Positions 14,401 through 24,836 of a DNA stretch of 64,000 bases are shown piece by piece. The notes below the pieces were generated by a model. That model did not search any database. It saw nothing but the letters and a program-made list of their open reading frames with translations, and was not told where the DNA came from. This DNA comes from Polyangiales bacterium. GTDB taxonomy: Bacteria > Myxococcota_A > Polyangia > Polyangiales > Ga0077539. Where the stretch lies: the NCBI GenBank assembly GCA_041389885.1, contig JAWKRB010000006.1:195101-259100 (forward strand), read 5' to 3'. The position numbers and the translations under genes are program-made. Within the stretch, counting starts at the first letter, position 1; every line of letters starts with the position of its first letter.

Positions 14401-14640
14401 GGGTGCGGAATGGGCGGCGGCGGAGGCGGCGCGGGAGGCTCCATCCGCTTCGATGTGGACGGGGCCGCGATGTTGGGCGATGGAAGGGTGCTTGCGGTCG
14501 GTGGGACCGGGGGGCTGTGCTCCTGTCGCATCATCGACCTGTCCCGCGCCGCGCCTGGCGGCGGTGGTGGTGGCGGGCGGGTCGCCGTGCGCGCCCAGCG
14601 CGTCGTCGGGCAGACCTTCCCGACGGCGGAGCAAGAGTAG
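11458..14640 (+). CDS. Large lipoprotein with ~10 tandem cysteine-rich repeat modules and a Gly-rich C-terminal region
   Basis: Lipoprotein signal (MSRAISRPTFALCALITTLLDGC) with a GGAGGG Shine-Dalgarno sequence upstream. Carries repeated ~50-aa modules (CGACGxxC...GRC...SCEAGFADCDGxxDDGCETDLR). The C-terminal 350 aa are Gly-rich (GGGGGGGSSG..., GGAGGEGG). The upstream part of ORF 11239.. is read-through. Confidence 0.8.
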   Translation: MSRAISRPTFALCALITTLLDGCTFGTAIVGGDASGDLGVFDATVDLGSKLDAAEASPADVPVVEDLAPDVPDAPSPECLRNADCLDPSRPVCDLGANRCVQCLPSPDTCPTRRFCDPGTLTCQDGCRGDQDCVLSSSGGDGGLVVRVCDLSRRICVACRGDAECPAGTQCAGGLCAPSCGGGRACLPSETCCAGACVDLRENDANCGACGASCAAPNAAGRCRAGRCEVGSCIGAFGDCDGDASNGCETSLRSATDCGACRSACPVRPFAATVCDTASATCALRCDPSRADCNLVADDGCEVDVRESVDHCGACGRACAAAHGTARCDEGRCAIASCEAGFSDCDGDPLNGCEVDTRASAAHCGACGSRCAAGANASAQCRDGGCQVSCEAGFADCDGRVDDGCETDLRASTEHCGACGAGCVAQGGVARCASGRCEIASCEAGFADCNGRVDDGCETDLRSSATACGACGVRCPGSQRCARGACVLECPVSQQVCSGACVDRLTDPRNCGGCGSVCASNTRCVAGECSLDCAAGLAACDGRCENLLTSAANCGGCGVACPARPGATPTCQGGLCGRSCLPGRADCDGVASNGCEVDLRADASSCGTCGFRCVVANGVGACVNGGCGIAACAAGFADCDGAASDGCETPVRRDDRNCGACGNVCATGTSCVDGACVPPPGSLFVDAPTVINTIAAAAQAGAGSLTVTLGSPVGVFLPGQRVMLHQTQGPEGVAGRYELRRVAAVQGALLTLDAPLSNAYVSAGNSRAQILVVPEYSRVTVTARGTLTAPPWDGRAGGVLAVWSRGDVDVLGRVSMDGRGFRGTQHGCALGRLFQCSVGVQGESFLGPGRASVLANGGGGGGGSSGQDCAAGGGGANGASGRVGTSGDCNGGSIGECTSVCPNVGGDGGAAPRRDPLGGLAHLGGAGGEGGADEDGAFPGAGGNGGGFVWIRAEGALTVSGTVSSSGADGRNGNQSDCGGQGCGMGGGGGGAGGSIRFDVDGAAMLGDGRVLAVGGTGGLCSCRIIDLSRAAPGGGGGGGRVAVRAQRVVGQTFPTAEQE

Positions 14641-14677
14641 CCTGCGGGGTTCGCGTTTCGAATGCGAGGACAGCGAC

Positions 14678-17011
14678 ATGACGGAGCGGAATGATTCCAG
14701 CGGCGGCGACTCGGGGGCCCCCCCCGCTCGAGAGTTCGAGCAGGGCGACAAGGTCCTCGATCGATGCACGGTAGACCGTTGCGTTCGGCGAGACCGACTC
14801 GCCTCGTTCAACACCGCACGCGGCGACGGACCCGAGGGAGAGGGGCTCTTCACGGTGTGGTCGGTGCACGCCGGCATCGTGCACCGCTCCGAGCGCGCCT
14901 CGACGGTCTTCTTCGATGAGATGGCGTCGACGAGCGCCCTGAACCACGCCTCGATCCCCGCCGTGGTCGCCTTCGACCCCATGGCCCCGGGTCCCGTCGT
15001 CATCGCGCGCTTCGTGCAGGGCGTCTACCTGCGCGACCGCCTCGCGGACGGGGAGCTCCTGAACACGCGCGAGGTCTCTCGCATCGTGCTCGCCGTCGCC
15101 GACGCCCTCGCGGTGCTCCACCGCGCGAGCCCTCCGGTGTTTCACCGCGCGGTCACCCCCGAGCGCGTGCTCAGCGCGGGCGAGACCGTCTTTCTCGAGG
15201 AGTGCGGGTACCTCCACGCCGTCGTCTCCGCGGGCATGCTCAGCGAGAAGGAGCTGGAGACCTTCGCGCAGCCCGGATACCGCCTGCCGAGCCGGGTCTC
15301 CTCCGCGGGCGGCGCGGCGATCGACCGGTTTCAGCTGGCGGTGCTCGCCTTCGAGGCCCTCACCGGGCAGCTGCCCTTCGGCGCCGCGACCGTCGCCGAG
15401 CTCGACGACCTGACCCAGCGCGCGCCCTCGGCCCGCGGCGCGCGGCCGACGCTCCCGGCGGAGATCGACGAGGTCTTTCGCCGCGCCTGGAGCCCCTCGG
15501 CCGCGGACCGCTACGCCACCACCACCGAGTTCGCCGCCGACCTCGCGCGGGTGCTCGAGCCTCGAGACTCGGTGCCCCTCGGCGAGCTGAAGCCCGACGT
15601 CGCCGCGACGATCTTCTCCAGCCCCTCCCAGCGTCCGGAGGTCGCCGACGAGATCGACCGCGCGCTCGACGCGGCGCTGGGCGAGCCCCGCTCGGAGCCC
15701 TCGCCCGCGCAGCGAAAGATCGACGTGGAGCGGCTGCTCCCGATGGTGAGTGCGGCGCTGCAGGCGAACGAGCGCACCTCGTCGGTGCCGCCTGAGCGAC
15801 GCAGCGGCATGGAGCTCCCGCCCCTCTCACGCGCGCTGGACCTGCCGCCGTCGAAGCCCACGCTCCTCGGCGCCGCGACCGGCAGCGCCAAGGGCTCCGC
15901 GCCGTTCAAGATCCGTCCCGCGTCGGTCGCGGCGCCGACGAAGCCCGAAGCCCCACCCCCCGCGGAGGCGCCCGAGCCTGGCTCGCGAGAGAGCCGCCCC
16001 CTCGACCTCACCGAAGAGGCCGAGCTGCAGGAGCGGCAGTCCCAGCTCGAGCTGGCTTCAGACCCGGGCGACCGCTCGGTGGTCGAGCTCGATGAGGCGC
16101 TCCTCGAGCCCTCGACCACGAACACGAACCTCCAGCGGATCATGGATGAGATCGCGTCGTTTCGTCCGTCGGAGCGCTCGCCGATGCTCGAGGAGGAGGA
16201 GCTGATCCGCTTCGGCGATCCCCTCGACGACGGGGTGACCCGCGCGGGACAGGACGAAGAGCTCGTGCGCGGGGAGCTCGCCGGGGCGGGGCGTTCTGGC
16301 GATTCGCCGGCCTCGAGCCCGCCGGTCCACGTGGGGACGATCCGCGCCCCGGTGGCGCCGCCCCAGAGCCTTCAGGCGAAGAAGACACCGCTGCCGCCCC
16401 TGCCTCCGCTCGAAGGCGGCGTCGGTCGGGGTACGCCTCTCTCCTCGATCGCGCCGCTTGGCCGAGGAAAGCCCACCACGCTGCCCCCCGACGACGCGGG
16501 GGATCACCCGGGCTCGGGCGCGCACGAGGTCGTCGTGCCTCGACCTCCCGTCTCGCGGTCGGGCTACGGCAAGGCGGCGGGACTGCCGACGACGACGCCC
16601 CCGCCGACGCGGCTCAACACGCCGATTCCGATGGGCGCGCGACCGGCCCGCCGCTCGGTGCCGCCAGGGACGGTCTCGCGGCCCGCGGCCAGCGCTCCCC
16701 CGGTGGACGAGGCGCCTCGGTCGGAGCCGGCGAAGGTCGAGCAGGCCGTGGCGCTCTCGCGAGAGCCCGACGCGCTCGCGCAGGTGGCGCCGACGGTCGC
16801 CAAGCTCACGGCGCTCGCGTCGCTGATCGCGACGGTGGGGCTGATCTTCGCGGCGCGGCAGCTCGACGCGTACATGGCCGACCCTGGGGTACTCCGTGCG
16901 GGAGCTGCGCGCGGAGCCGCTGCTCCGGCGCCCGACGCGGGCATGGCGGTCGACGATCTCGGCGGGGGCCGTTCCTCGGCGAACGCGACGACGCCTCGGT
17001 CGAGCTCATGA
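14678..17011 (+). CDS. Membrane-anchored Ser/Thr pseudokinase-domain protein with a long Pro-rich disordered region
   Basis: Starts at MTERNDSSGG. Kinase fold with a degenerate catalytic loop (FHRAVTPERVL in place of HRDLKPEN), no DFG motif, and a conserved alpha-F/G region (DRFQLAVLAFEALTGQLPFG). Followed by ~350 aa of P/E/S-rich low complexity and a C-terminal TM segment (VAKLTALASLIATVGLIFAARQL). Confidence 0.7.
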   Translation: MTERNDSSGGDSGAPPAREFEQGDKVLDRCTVDRCVRRDRLASFNTARGDGPEGEGLFTVWSVHAGIVHRSERASTVFFDEMASTSALNHASIPAVVAFDPMAPGPVVIARFVQGVYLRDRLADGELLNTREVSRIVLAVADALAVLHRASPPVFHRAVTPERVLSAGETVFLEECGYLHAVVSAGMLSEKELETFAQPGYRLPSRVSSAGGAAIDRFQLAVLAFEALTGQLPFGAATVAELDDLTQRAPSARGARPTLPAEIDEVFRRAWSPSAADRYATTTEFAADLARVLEPRDSVPLGELKPDVAATIFSSPSQRPEVADEIDRALDAALGEPRSEPSPAQRKIDVERLLPMVSAALQANERTSSVPPERRSGMELPPLSRALDLPPSKPTLLGAATGSAKGSAPFKIRPASVAAPTKPEAPPPAEAPEPGSRESRPLDLTEEAELQERQSQLELASDPGDRSVVELDEALLEPSTTNTNLQRIMDEIASFRPSERSPMLEEEELIRFGDPLDDGVTRAGQDEELVRGELAGAGRSGDSPASSPPVHVGTIRAPVAPPQSLQAKKTPLPPLPPLEGGVGRGTPLSSIAPLGRGKPTTLPPDDAGDHPGSGAHEVVVPRPPVSRSGYGKAAGLPTTTPPPTRLNTPIPMGARPARRSVPPGTVSRPAASAPPVDEAPRSEPAKVEQAVALSREPDALAQVAPTVAKLTALASLIATVGLIFAARQLDAYMADPGVLRAGAARGAAAPAPDAGMAVDDLGGGRSSANATTPRSSS

Positions 17012-17484
17012 CCCCGTCCGTGATCGACGCGGCCACCGCCGACGCGGTCACCGAGGACGCGCCCGCGGACGGGTCGACGCCCGTCGACGCGGCCGTCGGC
17101 GCTGACGTCGTCGAGCTCGCCGACGTCGTCGCGGCCCCCGCGGTCTCGACGCCCCGACGTCCGCCGGTGGCGCCGCCGCCCGCGCCGTCGAACACGCCCG
17201 GCGACGCGGTGCACGCTCGGGTCTGGACGCAGCTCTCGCGACGGATCGCAGACTGCGTCGAGGGCGTCGACAGCCACACGTCGGTGACGGTGCTGGTGCG
17301 CTTCGACGGACCGACGGGGATGGTCCGACGCATTCGCAGCCGCGGGATCTTCGCCGAGCCCCCGATCGGTCCGTGCATCGAGCAGGCGGCGACGGGGATT
17401 CGCGTCGCGCCCTTCGAAGCGCCGACCTGGGACACCACCTTCTCGTTCCCCATCGCGCCGCCCCGGTGGCGCCCGCCGCAATGA
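17008..17484 (+). CDS. Hypothetical protein, translationally coupled to the pseudokinase gene
   Basis: The ATG overlaps the pseudokinase stop (tcATGa). 158 aa with an acidic, low-complexity N-terminus and a C-terminal globular segment. No family recognised. Confidence 0.5.
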   Translation: MTPSVIDAATADAVTEDAPADGSTPVDAAVGADVVELADVVAAPAVSTPRRPPVAPPPAPSNTPGDAVHARVWTQLSRRIADCVEGVDSHTSVTVLVRFDGPTGMVRRIRSRGIFAEPPIGPCIEQAATGIRVAPFEAPTWDTTFSFPIAPPRWRPPQ

Positions 17485-17501
17485 GCCTCGCCCGCCGCCC
17501 G

Positions 17502-19310
17502 TCAGGGCGCAGGCACCGAGATCGCCGCGACCCTTCGCCCGCCTGATCCAAACCACAGCACCGCGCCGGTGGGGTCGTCGCTCCGGCGACAGTAGCTCTG
17601 CGACCAGTCGCAGCGCAGCGCCGCGCACCGCTGACCCGCGAAGGGACCCAGGAGCGCCTCGACGGATCCCGCGCGGGTGATGTCCCTCGCCGGCACGCGG
17701 CGCGGCTGACCGCGCAGGGGCTGGTTCGGCTCTGAGTACGTGATCACGGCGAAGCTCCCTCCGGTCGCGCGCTGCAGGGTGCGACCGTCGGGGGTCTCTG
17801 CCAAGCGATCGAGCACCGCGCAGGCGATCTCGGACGAGGCGGGGTCGGCCCTGAACGCGCGGAGGTGCGCGTCGACGGCGGCGACGCGGTCGTCTCCGAA
17901 GGTCGCGCGCAGCATGTCGAGGCGATGGCGGAGCGCGCGCTGAGACACCGTCGCGGGCGCGCTCTGCGAGGCGATCGAGATCATCGACGCGCCGTCGTTC
18001 GCGTGCCCGAGCGAGACCAGCTCGAAGCCGCCGTCGCGCTCGTAGTCACGGATGTGGAGCTCGGGGTCGTCGGTGACGCGGTCGCCGAGGGAGGTGTCGT
18101 CGAAGGGTCTCGGCGCCCTCCCTGGCGAGACGAGGTAGGCGCGAACGGCGCGCCCGCCGCGGTGCAGCCCCACGCCGAAGGCGACGACGCGGTCCTCCCC
18201 GCGCGAGGCGCTCACGACGTGGCCGCGAACGCCGCCATCGAGGGTGAGCGCGCCGGCCATCGCGACATCGGCGGCGTCGTCGCTGCGCTCGGAGCCCCAG
18301 GCCGCCGTCCGCGCCGAAGAGGCCGCGGGCGCGGGCGCGGGCGCCGCGGCGATGATGGCCGCGATGGTCACCCGCCCTCCCTCCTTTCGCAGGAGAACCT
18401 GCGCCGGAGCCGCGCCCAGGGGCAGAGGGACCTGCGGGATCGCGATGCAGCGGTCGCCGAGGGAGCAGTCCATCGCCGGCGCGACCTCACGAATGAGCGA
18501 GAGCGTGCGCGCGATGTGGGGGTTGGTGGGGTCGCCCTGCGGGGATACATAGTCGATCTCTTCGAAGAGGCCGACCTGCCACGCGCGCAGCGTGGGCGCG
18601 CCCTCGGGAGAGAGCGCGTCGAGGAGCGCGTTGGGGCCCCCTCGCGCGATGCGCACGACGGTGGCCTCGGCCTCGCGCGCCGAGGGGTCGGTGGGAGGCA
18701 CCGGGAAGCGGATGCGCCGCTCGAACTCCGCGGCGTCGTTCGCGCGCAGGAGCGGCGCCTCGAGCGGCGAGAGCACGCGCACCGCCGTGGGCGCGCCGCC
18801 GGGGCGGGGCAGGGGAAAGATCGCGAGGAGCTTGCCGTCGGCGGGCTGGTCTTCGAGCTCGACGCCCCGGCCGATGAGGTAGACCCAGCCCTGCACGATG
18901 CGCCCGAACGCGATCTGCGCGCCGACGGGCCAGCGCCCGACGCGGTGCACCTCGTCGCCGCGGGTGTCGTGAAACACCGCCCAGACATCCGAGACCTCGC
19001 GACCCTCGCCCGTGGCGAACACCGCGGAGAAGCGGCCGTTGTAGACGTCGGTGCAGAGCGGGCCGAAGACCACCGTGCGGCCGGCGGTGAGGCGGCGGAG
19101 CGCCGAGGCGGTCTCGGGAGCGCAGCGGGCGGCGGAGTCGACGCGAGGCGGCGCGGTCTCGCCGGCGACGGCGCGGGCGCCCGCGGGGCCGACGCTCCTG
19201 GAGCTCCCCACCGTGCGCGCGGGGCGGGGGGGAGGGGCCGTGGCCTCGCATCCGCCGCCGGCGGCGAGGGCCGCGGCGAGGAACGTTCGGGGTAGGTCGC
19301 GCAGGTCCAT
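17502..19310 (-). CDS. Hypothetical lipoprotein
   Basis: Internal start MDLRDLPRTFLAAALAAGGGC (lipobox). ~600 aa with a coding-like composition. No recognised domain. Confidence 0.6.
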   Translation of the reverse strand: MDLRDLPRTFLAAALAAGGGCEATAPPPRPARTVGSSRSVGPAGARAVAGETAPPRVDSAARCAPETASALRRLTAGRTVVFGPLCTDVYNGRFSAVFATGEGREVSDVWAVFHDTRGDEVHRVGRWPVGAQIAFGRIVQGWVYLIGRGVELEDQPADGKLLAIFPLPRPGGAPTAVRVLSPLEAPLLRANDAAEFERRIRFPVPPTDPSAREAEATVVRIARGGPNALLDALSPEGAPTLRAWQVGLFEEIDYVSPQGDPTNPHIARTLSLIREVAPAMDCSLGDRCIAIPQVPLPLGAAPAQVLLRKEGGRVTIAAIIAAAPAPAPAASSARTAAWGSERSDDAADVAMAGALTLDGGVRGHVVSASRGEDRVVAFGVGLHRGGRAVRAYLVSPGRAPRPFDDTSLGDRVTDDPELHIRDYERDGGFELVSLGHANDGASMISIASQSAPATVSQRALRHRLDMLRATFGDDRVAAVDAHLRAFRADPASSEIACAVLDRLAETPDGRTLQRATGGSFAVITYSEPNQPLRGQPRRVPARDITRAGSVEALLGPFAGQRCAALRCDWSQSYCRRSDDPTGAVLWFGSGGRRVAAISVPAP

Positions 19311-19435
19311 CGCGCGGGACCGTACCCAATTCGGCGCGCGGGAGACACCGCGAGTCGCACCGCGCGCCGCCGAAATGCACAAGGCCCCGACCGTCGTAGA
19401 CGATCGAGGCCCGTGCGTCTCCGTCAGTCAGGGGA

Positions 19436-21109
<1,674 letters not shown>

Positions 21110-21400
21110 TCACTGCTCGATCACGCCGAGGATGTCTTCCTCGCGAATGATCAGATGCTCGACCTCTTCGATCTTGACCTCGGTGCCCGAGTACTTGCCG
21201 AAGAGGATCTTGTCGCCGGGCTTGACCTCGAGCGCGCGCACCTTGCCGTCGTCGCCGACCTTGCCATTGCCCACGGCGATGACCTGGCCCTCGATGGGCT
21301 TCTCCTTCGCGGAGTCGGGGATGTAGAGGCCACCCTTGGTGCGGGTCTCGGCCTCGAGGCGCTTGACGAGGATGCGATCCTGGAGCGGGCGAATCTTCAT
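21110..21400 (-). CDS. groES: Co-chaperonin GroES
   Basis: [46 protein letters not shown]; 96 aa. Confidence 0.97.
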   Translation of the reverse strand: MKIRPLQDRILVKRLEAETRTKGGLYIPDSAKEKPIEGQVIAVGNGKVGDDGKVRALEVKPGDKILFGKYSGTEVKIEEVEHLIIREEDILGVIEQ

Positions 21401-21610
21401 TTCCGGTTCCCTCTACCTGTGCGGCCTGGCCGTTGCGCGGCGCCGCAGTTGATGCGACACAACCCCCCGGCGACAGGACCCTTCCTGCCCCCGGTCAGCC
21501 GGTGTCATGACCCCGCCACCCCTCAGCCGTGCCCCCGGCGGAACACCGCGCGGGGAGACGCCGCCTGACGGGAGGTGGCGCCGGAACGACTCGAGGGTAG
21601 ACAACGATTC

Positions 21611-21637
21611 CTGGCACTCTCGTTCGGAGAGTGCCAG
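21611..21637. promoter_or_regulatory. CIRCE element (HrcA operator) upstream of groES-groEL, copy 1
   Basis: Inverted repeat CTGGCACTC-TCGTTCGGA-GAGTGCCAG, compared with the consensus TTAGCACTC-N9-GAGTGCTAA. It matches at 7 of 9 positions in each arm. Confidence 0.8.
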
Positions 21638-21729
21638 CAACGGCGCGCAACATAGTCAGCGGTCCTGACCTGTCAAGGCGCCCTCTGCACGCTCTGTCAC
21701 CGCGCGAGTTCTTTTTTGACTTCGCCGCG

Positions 21730-21756
21730 TTGGCAGCCTCGTTCGCAGAGTGCCAG
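21730..21756. promoter_or_regulatory. CIRCE-like element, copy 2 (less perfect)
   Basis: TTGGCAGCC-TCGTTCGCA-GAGTGCCAG. It shares the spacer TCGTTCG(G/C)A with copy 1. Confidence 0.6.
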
Positions 21757-21884
21757 GCGCCGCTCGGCCCTCGTCTGGCGCCTCCCTCGGGAGGGGAGAG
21801 TCAGCGAATTGTGCGCGCTCGGGGTCGTCCTAGACTCAGGGGGTGGCGAGCGAGCCGGCGCTCGTCGGAGAGGAGTCGATGTGA

Positions 21885-22466
21885 ATGAAGGTCGAAGCCT
21901 GTCATGACCTGAGAGCGTTCTTTCGTCAGCAACTCACCCTGGCGCTCACCCGCCGCCGCATCGACGCGCGGCCCGAGACCGAGGCCTACATCGCCGGGGT
22001 GCTCGTCGACTGCGGGATGCAGCCGCCGCGCCTCGACCGTCCCCTGGTGGTCGCCCTCAACGAGGCCCTCGCGTGCGAGAGCGCCCTGCGCACCGTGCGG
22101 CTCATGCGCACGGGAGACGCCGCGCTCTGCCTCGCGGGGCTCTTCGCGCCGCACGTCGAGCGCACCGTGGGCAGCCTGGGGCTCTACATTCACCTCGGGT
22201 CGATGGCCTACCAGCGCGCGGCCGACGCGTCGCGCGGCGACGCCTCGCCGCCCGCCCCCGTCGATACCCTGGCCGAGCTGGGCGAGGGCTTTCCGCGCTT
22301 CGTCGACGCGCTGCACGAGGTCGCTGAGTCGAGCGCGTTGGGCGCGGTGACGCGCGACGTGGTGCGGCTCTACGACCGACTGCGCGCCGCCGGGTCGGAG
22401 CGGGCGGCGGAGGAGATGGCGAGGCAGGGCTTGTTCCCCGCGCCGGGCGCGAAGGGGACGTGCTGA
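21885..22466 (+). CDS. Hypothetical protein
   Basis: 193-aa ORF divergent from groES, with a coding-like composition. No family recognised. Confidence 0.45.
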   Translation: MKVEACHDLRAFFRQQLTLALTRRRIDARPETEAYIAGVLVDCGMQPPRLDRPLVVALNEALACESALRTVRLMRTGDAALCLAGLFAPHVERTVGSLGLYIHLGSMAYQRAADASRGDASPPAPVDTLAELGEGFPRFVDALHEVAESSALGAVTRDVVRLYDRLRAAGSERAAEEMARQGLFPAPGAKGTC

Positions 22467-22491
22467 GCTTGCACGCGGAGAGGGCGAGCGC

Positions 22492-22740
22492 TCAGCCGAA
22501 GCGGCGCTTCTGATCGGCGATGTACTGGTCCACGGCCTCGCGGGACGGGCGGTCGAAGTGGACCTTGCTCGCGGCGATCTCGCGCAGGGCCAGCACGGCG
22601 GGCTTGTTGCGGTAGCGACCGCCGTCGAGCTGGACCTTCGCGCCCTTCATGATCTGACGGGTGCGGGTCGCGGCGAGGACCACCATCGCGAAGCGGTTCT
22701 CTTCCTTGTCGAGGCAATCTTCTACGGTCACGCGAGCCAT
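22492..22740 (-). CDS. rpoZ: DNA-directed RNA polymerase subunit omega
   Basis: Internal start [30 protein letters not shown], which is an RpoZ signature. 82 aa. Confidence 0.85.
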   Translation of the reverse strand: MARVTVEDCLDKEENRFAMVVLAATRTRQIMKGAKVQLDGGRYRNKPAVLALREIAASKVHFDRPSREAVDQYIADQKRRFG

Positions 22741-22798
22741 GAGGGACCTCCTTGAAGGGGGCGGGACCATACCGCATCCCGCCGAGCGCACGCAACGC

Positions 22799-24799
22799 TC
22801 AGGTCGGTTCGCCCTCGTTGGCGGAGCGGTTCAGGTTGAGGATCTTCGCTCCGCCCACGTAGTCCTGCGTCTCGTAGCGCTGCACCGAGCCCAGCCGACG
22901 GACGATCAGCGCCATGCGCTCGGCCTCGCGGAGGATCACCTCGGCGGCGCGGCCGATCGCCACCGGGTCGTGGGTGCAGCGCCCGATGAGCTCGGCGTAG
23001 CCCTGCACCGCCGTCAGTGGCTGGTTGAGCTCGTGCGCCGCCGCCCCCGCGACCTCGCCGACGACCGCCTGACGCTCGCCGACCGCGAGCTCCTCCTGCG
23101 CCTTGGCGAGCCGCCCCTCGAGCCGGAGCCGCTCTCTCAGGTCTGAGAAGATCCCCACCGTGGCGCCCTGGGGGTCGCTCACCAGGGCGACGGAGAGCTG
23201 CACCGGGATCCGCTCGCCGCTGCGGGAGATCACCTCGGTGCGCACGCCTTCGAGGTTGCCGTGGGGGGAGGCTCGCAGCCTCGCCATGATGTCCCGCGCG
23301 GCGCCGGCGGGGTACAGGGTCTTCACCAACCGCCGCCCGATCATCTCCTCGCGGGAGTACCCGAGCACCCGCTCGGCGGCCCGGTTGAACAGCAGCACGC
23401 TGCCGTCTCGGGCGCCCGCGATGATCGCGTCGGGGGAGCTCTCGATCAACGACGAGAGGAACTCCTTGGTGCGCGCGAGCTCGCGGGCCGTCGCCCGGTC
23501 GTCGGTCACGTCGCGAAAGGTCAGCAGCACGGCGTGGTTCTCGCGCAGCAGCGACGCGGTCGAGACCGACAGCGTGCGCACCGCGCCGTCGCGGCGACGG
23601 ACGCGAACGTCGGTGTCGGCGGGGAAGCGCCGCGCGCGAAACCCCTGCCGCAGGGCCCTCGCCAGGCCGCGGTCCTCGGGCGCGACGATGAAGTGCGCGA
23701 AGGCGCCCCGCAGGTCGGCGTCGGCGTACCCGGTGATCTCCGCGGCGCGCGGGTTCGCGAACAGCACCCGACCGTTCGGGTCGACCACCACCATGCCGTC
23801 GGCCGCCGAGACGAAGAGGTCGGCGTAGCGCTCCAGGAGCCGGGCGCGGTGCTCGGCCTCCAGCCGCGCGTCGGTCACGGCCTGGCTCTGCTCGCGCAGG
23901 CGCTGCATCTCGTTCGCGTTGCGGAGCGCGACGCCGGTCGCGTTGGCGATCACCTCGCAGAGCGAAGACTCGCGATGGTCGAGGGGCCCCCGGCGCCCCC
24001 GACCCCGGAGCACGAGCACCCCGTGCACGCTGCCGTCGCAGAGGATCGGCAGGAGGGTCAGCGAGGTGAGCTGCACCCCCGCGAGGTGCGCGCGCACGCC
24101 GTCGAGGAGGGGGTGGCTGGCCACGTCGTGAATCACCAGCGGCGCGCCGCGGCGGAGCACCTGCTGCACCTCGGGGTAGCGATCGAGCTCCACCGGGTGG
24201 TTGTGCAGGTCGGCGTCGTCGCTCGCCGCGACCACGTAGCCGGTGCGCTCGCCCACCTGACCGACGACGATCGAGCAGCTCTCGACCCTCACCAGCTCCG
24301 CCACGCGGCGCACGACCGTGGACAGAATCTCCCGCGGATCGAGGCGCGAGGCGAGGGTGCGCGTGAGCTCCACCATCGCCTGCGCGTCGCGCTCCTTCGA
24401 CGCGAGCTCATGGACATACGAGCGCAGGCGAAGCTGCGCGCGGATGCGGGCGAGGAGCTCAGGCCGTCGGCAGGGCTTGCGGAGGAAGTCGTCGGCTCCG
24501 GCGGCGAAGACCCGCTCGACCTCGGCGTCGTCTTCGAGCGCGGTGAGCACGATCACCGGGAGGTCTCGGGTGGCGTCGTGGGCCCGCAGCACGTTCAGCA
24601 CCGCGTAGCCGTCGCTGGGCGGCAGCACGAGGTCGAGGATCATCACCCCCGGCGGCGACTCGAGGGCCGACGCGATGGCCTCGTCGGCGCGGGCGAAGGA
24701 CGAGACCCGGTAACCAACGCGGGCGAGCCAGCCGCCGATCAGACGACGGGTGACCGCGTCGTCGTCGACCAGCAGAATCCTTGGCCCCTCGTCTCCCAT
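22799..24799 (-). CDS. Response-regulator receiver / GAF / PAS / PAS / HisKA protein lacking an HATPase_c domain
   Basis: REC domain ([14 protein letters not shown]...[12 protein letters not shown]...DFLRKP), a GAF-like middle, two PAS-like segments, and an H-box ([18 protein letters not shown]). The protein ends ~60 aa after the H-box with no N/G1/G2 boxes. Confidence 0.8.
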   Translation of the reverse strand: MGDEGPRILLVDDDAVTRRLIGGWLARVGYRVSSFARADEAIASALESPPGVMILDLVLPPSDGYAVLNVLRAHDATRDLPVIVLTALEDDAEVERVFAAGADDFLRKPCRRPELLARIRAQLRLRSYVHELASKERDAQAMVELTRTLASRLDPREILSTVVRRVAELVRVESCSIVVGQVGERTGYVVAASDDADLHNHPVELDRYPEVQQVLRRGAPLVIHDVASHPLLDGVRAHLAGVQLTSLTLLPILCDGSVHGVLVLRGRGRRGPLDHRESSLCEVIANATGVALRNANEMQRLREQSQAVTDARLEAEHRARLLERYADLFVSAADGMVVVDPNGRVLFANPRAAEITGYADADLRGAFAHFIVAPEDRGLARALRQGFRARRFPADTDVRVRRRDGAVRTLSVSTASLLRENHAVLLTFRDVTDDRATARELARTKEFLSSLIESSPDAIIAGARDGSVLLFNRAAERVLGYSREEMIGRRLVKTLYPAGAARDIMARLRASPHGNLEGVRTEVISRSGERIPVQLSVALVSDPQGATVGIFSDLRERLRLEGRLAKAQEELAVGERQAVVGEVAGAAAHELNQPLTAVQGYAELIGRCTHDPVAIGRAAEVILREAERMALIVRRLGSVQRYETQDYVGGAKILNLNRSANEGEPT

Positions 24800-24836
24800 G
24801 CTCGACGCGCAGCGTATCCCGCGTTGGTTCTGGCGA

